Shown: positions 60,253 to 64,000 of the stretch, piece by piece
Layout: the number at the start of each line of letters is the position of its first letter
Numbering within the stretch: position 1 is the stretch's first letter
IMG/VR virus record: IMGVR_UViG_3300037258_000352
Location: 32,001 to 96,000 of that record
Length of the DNA stretch: 64,000 nucleotides
Source: a virus
Direction: 5' to 3' (one strand)
Notes under the pieces: model-generated
Told to the model about the DNA's origin: nothing
What the model saw: only the letters and a program-made list of their open reading frames with translations
Databases searched by the model: none
Program-made: the position numbers and the translations under genes

Positions 60253-60786
60253 ATGTCTTATAAGCGGATCCTGACCGGGGAGTTCGCGATCACCCCACCG
60301 CTGTCGTGGGGGGTTTATCACCACCTTGACCAGATGGACGAGGAAAAGGACTGCGTCCTGCAATTCGTTGAGAACATCAAGACGGTGGACCGGGAGGACG
60401 GGCAGCTCACCCAACGGTCCGCGAGTGGGATCATCCCGTCCACCGGTGAAGCGTGGCGTGACCCTTCGATCGAGCTTGCGGACATCGTGAAGCTGTGCCA
60501 GAGCTTGTGTTCCAAGCTGGTCGGTGGGATGTACTCCGTCGGCGAGGACGGACCGCTTGACACCTGGCGGTACTACACCGACAACCGTGGCCAACTGGTG
60601 AAGGACCAGGCGATCCTGGTGTGGCCGGACGGCCGGCGCGCGTACCAGGCGATCCCACGGTCGGAACTGCCCGGGCAGGAGTCCCTCAGCGGGTATGCGT
60701 TGGTCCTGGGCAGTGACGGGCCGACGGCGTGGTCCTCGCCGATCGACCCGGCGCAGATCATCACGGGGGCACCGTGGCAACGCTGA
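60253..60786 (+). CDS. Hypothetical protein
   Basis: GGAGG RBS; GEFAITPPLSW. Confidence 0.6.
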   Translation: MSYKRILTGEFAITPPLSWGVYHHLDQMDEEKDCVLQFVENIKTVDREDGQLTQRSASGIIPSTGEAWRDPSIELADIVKLCQSLCSKLVGGMYSVGEDGPLDTWRYYTDNRGQLVKDQAILVWPDGRRAYQAIPRSELPGQESLSGYALVLGSDGPTAWSSPIDPAQIITGAPWQR

Positions 60787-61232
60787 ATTGGTCAACGAAG
60801 ATCCCCGTCGCCCGGACGATGGGCGAGATCCAGCAGATGCTCGCAGAGCACGGCGCGGCCGGTGTCGCGACTCGCTACGTCGACAAAGAACCCGTCGGGG
60901 TCCAGTTCGCGCTGGACACCCCGCACGGACGGCGAACGTTCAACCTGCCCGTGGACATCGACGCGATGCACCAACTCCTGACCCGACAGTCCCAGGCCGG
61001 GGAGATCCGGGGGACCTTGTCCGTCGGGGTGGTGCGCTCGAAGGAACACGCCGGTCGGGTGGCGTGGCGAGTCGTGAAGGACTGGCTCGCCGCGCAGCTC
61101 GCGTTGGTCGCTGCGGAGATGGCGTCCCTGGAGACGGTAATGCTCCCTTACCTGGTCGTGGACCACACCGGGACGACGCTGCACCAGCGGTACCTCGAAC
61201 GTGGCCTGCCCGCATTGGAGGTCGGGTCATGA
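60774..61232 (+). CDS. Conserved phage hypothetical protein
   Basis: EIQ.ML..HGA, F.LP, RVAWR.VKDW..AQ.A. Confidence 0.7.
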   Translation: MATLNWSTKIPVARTMGEIQQMLAEHGAAGVATRYVDKEPVGVQFALDTPHGRRTFNLPVDIDAMHQLLTRQSQAGEIRGTLSVGVVRSKEHAGRVAWRVVKDWLAAQLALVAAEMASLETVMLPYLVVDHTGTTLHQRYLERGLPALEVGS

Positions 61233-61413
61233 CAGATCCGCAGATGGAGGAGCCCGTCTCGGTCTCTCCCGACCGTATCGGTGCATGTCCGCACTGTTCA
61301 TATCGTTGTGCGGTTCGGTGGATACGGACCGGGGAGGACAGTCGAGTACCGATTAACGATCCGTTATGCGGAGCCCGACCGGGGGACGGATGTAGAACAC
61401 ATCCGGTCTCGTC

Positions 61414-61911
61414 ATGACTCGGCCCATGCTCGTGATTTACCGGGGCCTGCCAGGGTCGGGGAAGACGGTCCGTGCCAAAGCTGAGGTTGTCCAACATCCC
61501 CGCGGCGCGGTCGCCCGCGTCAACCGGGACGACATCCGGCAGCGGGTGTTCGCTACCGAATACCTCCCCGGTACGGGGGCGTTCGAGGGTCTGGTCACCG
61601 TCGCGCAGCACGCCCAGATCACGGCGCTGCTCCACGAAGGGGTGACCGTGATCTGCGACGACACGAACCTCTACCCGGAACACATCGCAGCTCTCATGCG
61701 CGTCGCGGTCGCGGCTGGCTGCGGATGGGAGATCCGGGACTTCACTCACGTCCCGGTGTCGACGTGCATCGCTCGGGACCGGACCCGGCTGCTGTCACCC
61801 CACGGTGGTTACGTCGGGGAGGAAATCATCCGCCGCATGTACGACAAACACTCCGTCGACGGGTGGGCTCCGATGCCCGTCCCTGACCTGACCCTGGGGG
61901 TCACCGAATGA
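61414..61911 (+). CDS. Polynucleotide kinase-like P-loop protein (AAA_33)
   Basis: RGLPGSGKT, RDDIR, DDTN, CIARD..R. Confidence 0.85.
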   Translation: MTRPMLVIYRGLPGSGKTVRAKAEVVQHPRGAVARVNRDDIRQRVFATEYLPGTGAFEGLVTVAQHAQITALLHEGVTVICDDTNLYPEHIAALMRVAVAAGCGWEIRDFTHVPVSTCIARDRTRLLSPHGGYVGEEIIRRMYDKHSVDGWAPMPVPDLTLGVTE

Positions 61912-62669
61912 GCCCGACCCTGCTGTTCGCGGATCTCGAAACCACTGCTCTCACAGACGACGCGACCATCCTCGAAGCAGCGTGGGCGTTGACGGACGTC
62001 ACCGGCCGGCTACTCGTGCCGCTGCGGTCCCGTTTCTGCGCGATCACCTCCGACCTACCGACCATTCCGTGGAAACGCAGCGCGAACCGGGAACCGGTGT
62101 GGGTCGCGGACATCGCCCCCGGCCGCGACCCCGCCGCGCAGCAGATGGCCGTGGACTCCGGGCTGTTCGATGCGTGGCTCGCGTGCCCCGCGCACCGCCG
62201 GCTCCGGACCGGTGAGGAGCTGCAGCGGCTGATCCTCGACGACATCGACTCGGTGTGCGACCCGGACACCACAGTTCACCTCGCGGGGTCCGGGGTCGCG
62301 CAGTTCGACCATCCGCTGTTGCGGTTGCACTGCCCGGAGCTGGTGGTCCCGCGTGGGGAGTTCGGGGGCCCGGTCCATTACCGGACCGTGGATCAGTCGG
62401 TGACGCTCACAACGTTGACGGGGGTCAGTAACGAGCCGATGACCACCGCGCTGATCGGGTGGTACTTCCGGCTCGATGGGTCCACTGACCCGGACATTCC
62501 ACTCGCGATGCGCCCGCAGTACGCCTACAGCGACGACGTTGTGATGGCGTGGATGACGGGGGAACGTGGTAAGCACCGAGCCGCCCCGGACGTCGCTCGG
62601 GCGATCGTCGCGCACCGGGCCCTGTGGGCCTATGGGGCGTCGCTGCGAACCGATCTGGGGATCACATGA
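61908..62669 (+). CDS. DEDDh 3'-5' exonuclease (oligoribonuclease-like)
   Basis: DLETT, LAGSGV..FD, HYRT.D, HRA..D. Confidence 0.8.
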   Translation: MSPTLLFADLETTALTDDATILEAAWALTDVTGRLLVPLRSRFCAITSDLPTIPWKRSANREPVWVADIAPGRDPAAQQMAVDSGLFDAWLACPAHRRLRTGEELQRLILDDIDSVCDPDTTVHLAGSGVAQFDHPLLRLHCPELVVPRGEFGGPVHYRTVDQSVTLTTLTGVSNEPMTTALIGWYFRLDGSTDPDIPLAMRPQYAYSDDVVMAWMTGERGKHRAAPDVARAIVAHRALWAYGASLRTDLGIT

Positions 62670-63219
62670 ACCGGCTCTTGTGGACGGCGGGGATCCTCAC
62701 TGCGGTTCTGGCGTTCGTTTCGTTTCTGCTGTTGCTGCAGGCCGGGATCCGGCTTGGGGAGGTCACCGGTGGACGGTAACGACCCGCTCGGGGTCCGGAA
62801 GTCTAAGCCGTGGATGTGCCCGATCAAAGCGCACGAAGACCGGGCGTTGCTGCAGCATCTCCCGTTTGTTGAGGTCCGGGACGGGGTGTCGTACTGCACT
62901 TATTCGGGGTGTAAGCGGTCCAGCGTGGACGGCTTCTCCCGCAGATGATTCACGAAAGGACAGGGCTGATCATGAACGGTAATAGTGGGTTCCGGTCGGT
63001 GCTCAGTGAGTTGCTGATGCGGTTAGCGATGTGGACTGATCCGACGGGGCACCGCGCGGAGACCGCAGTCCCCCCTGGGATGGACCGGGACATGCCAAGG
63101 ATGAGGTTGGAGCCGGTCGAACCGCCGTATTCCGACGCTGACCCGCTGCGCCCCGCGGTCCCCACGCAGCAGTCCCCCACCCGACGGCCGCGACCTGCGT
63201 CGCGTGGGAACGTGAAGCG

Positions 63220-63756
63220 GTGACCGCGGACCCAGTGGTCCCGGTCAACGACGCGGGGCAACTCAGGACCCGCCTGGCCGGGTCAGTAGCGGACGTGGCT
63301 CGACTGTTCACACTGCGGGAACACCTGATCACCGCCGCGTGGGACGCGGGGATCGGGATCAAGTCGATCCGGGACACCGCGCAGATCCCGACAGCCCGGA
63401 CTGTTGACGACATCGTCAAGGAATACGCAGAGGAGCAGCGGGAGGTCATGTTCGCGGCGACTGCGGAACTGTGGAAGACCGGGCAGGTCATTCAGGACCG
63501 GTACGGGTTGCGGTGGCGCGCGGACACCAACATTTCCAGTGGGGAACGTGGATGGTTCTGCCGGTCGGTGGGGTTGAAGGTGTTCCTCACGGGGACACGG
63601 ATGGCTGAACGGGGACCGTTGACCCTGATCCGTCAGGACCGGGTGTTCGCCGGTGAGACCGGGTCAGCGGAACGCCTCGCTGCGGTCGCCGCGAGAAAAG
63701 CAGGAGAAGTGGAAGACCAAGCCGTCACCGTGACCCCAGCGGAGGACCCAGAATGA
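63220..63756 (+). CDS. Hypothetical protein
   Basis: Coupled ORF. Confidence 0.5.
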   Translation: MTADPVVPVNDAGQLRTRLAGSVADVARLFTLREHLITAAWDAGIGIKSIRDTAQIPTARTVDDIVKEYAEEQREVMFAATAELWKTGQVIQDRYGLRWRADTNISSGERGWFCRSVGLKVFLTGTRMAERGPLTLIRQDRVFAGETGSAERLAAVAARKAGEVEDQAVTVTPAEDPE

Positions 63757-64000
63757 CACCGTCCAGGTGGACGGGGAAACGATCCCGGTGCGTGAACTGC
63801 CGGCCGTTCGCTGACACCCCCTCCACCCATGTCGTGAAGCTCCCACCGGCACGGTGGTCATCGTGGGACCCCAGCTCAGCCCACGCCGAGCAGATCGTGA
63901 GGTTCCACCTCAGCGTCGGTGTCCCCGCCCGCGCGTACCGGTACCGGAGGATCCGGGGGACCCAACCCCGCCCCATCCCGAAAGTTCTGATCAGCGGTTA

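Overview
High-GC actinobacterial temperate phage or prophage segment. The host is probably a filamentous actinomycete such as a member of the Pseudonocardiaceae (inference from WhiB1-, BldN-, RsdA- and SsgA-like proteins). No structural genes, integrase, tRNA or CRISPR are visible in the window. Layout: (1) rightward lysis cassette, 136-3823, with GH25 endolysin, frameshifted HNH, papain-like peptidase and holin; (2) leftward accessory arm, 4071-19256, with CDF transporter, C5 methyltransferase, NUDIX, WhiB and an AICE/plasmid-like Spd-TraB transfer module with clt-like repeats; (3) rightward block, 19424-29868, with XRE/DUF397, SsgA, MetE-like enzyme and lipoprotein nuclease; (4) long leftward recombination/replication arm, 29957-57243, with RusA-like, Gp37/68 carrying an HNH insertion, two more methyltransferases, RecE/RecT-like, intein-containing DnaB, loader, initiator and BldN-like sigma; (5) rightward block from about 57470, with a VirD4/TraG-like coupling protein, kinase and exonuclease. 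The most striking unexplained structure is regulatory. About 13 copies of a GTAAC-N17-CGATA(C) promoter match the actinobacterial SigD/ShbA-type ECF consensus, and its -35 often doubles as the TAA stop of the upstream gene. The phage also encodes a soluble RsdA-like anti-sigma-D fragment downstream of one such promoter, and its own BldN-like ECF sigma. More than 25 copies of a GACACGGAGG start-associated leader occur, many preceded by a hairpin with a conserved CGG-containing loop. All family assignments come from motif recognition by eye, not from database searches.
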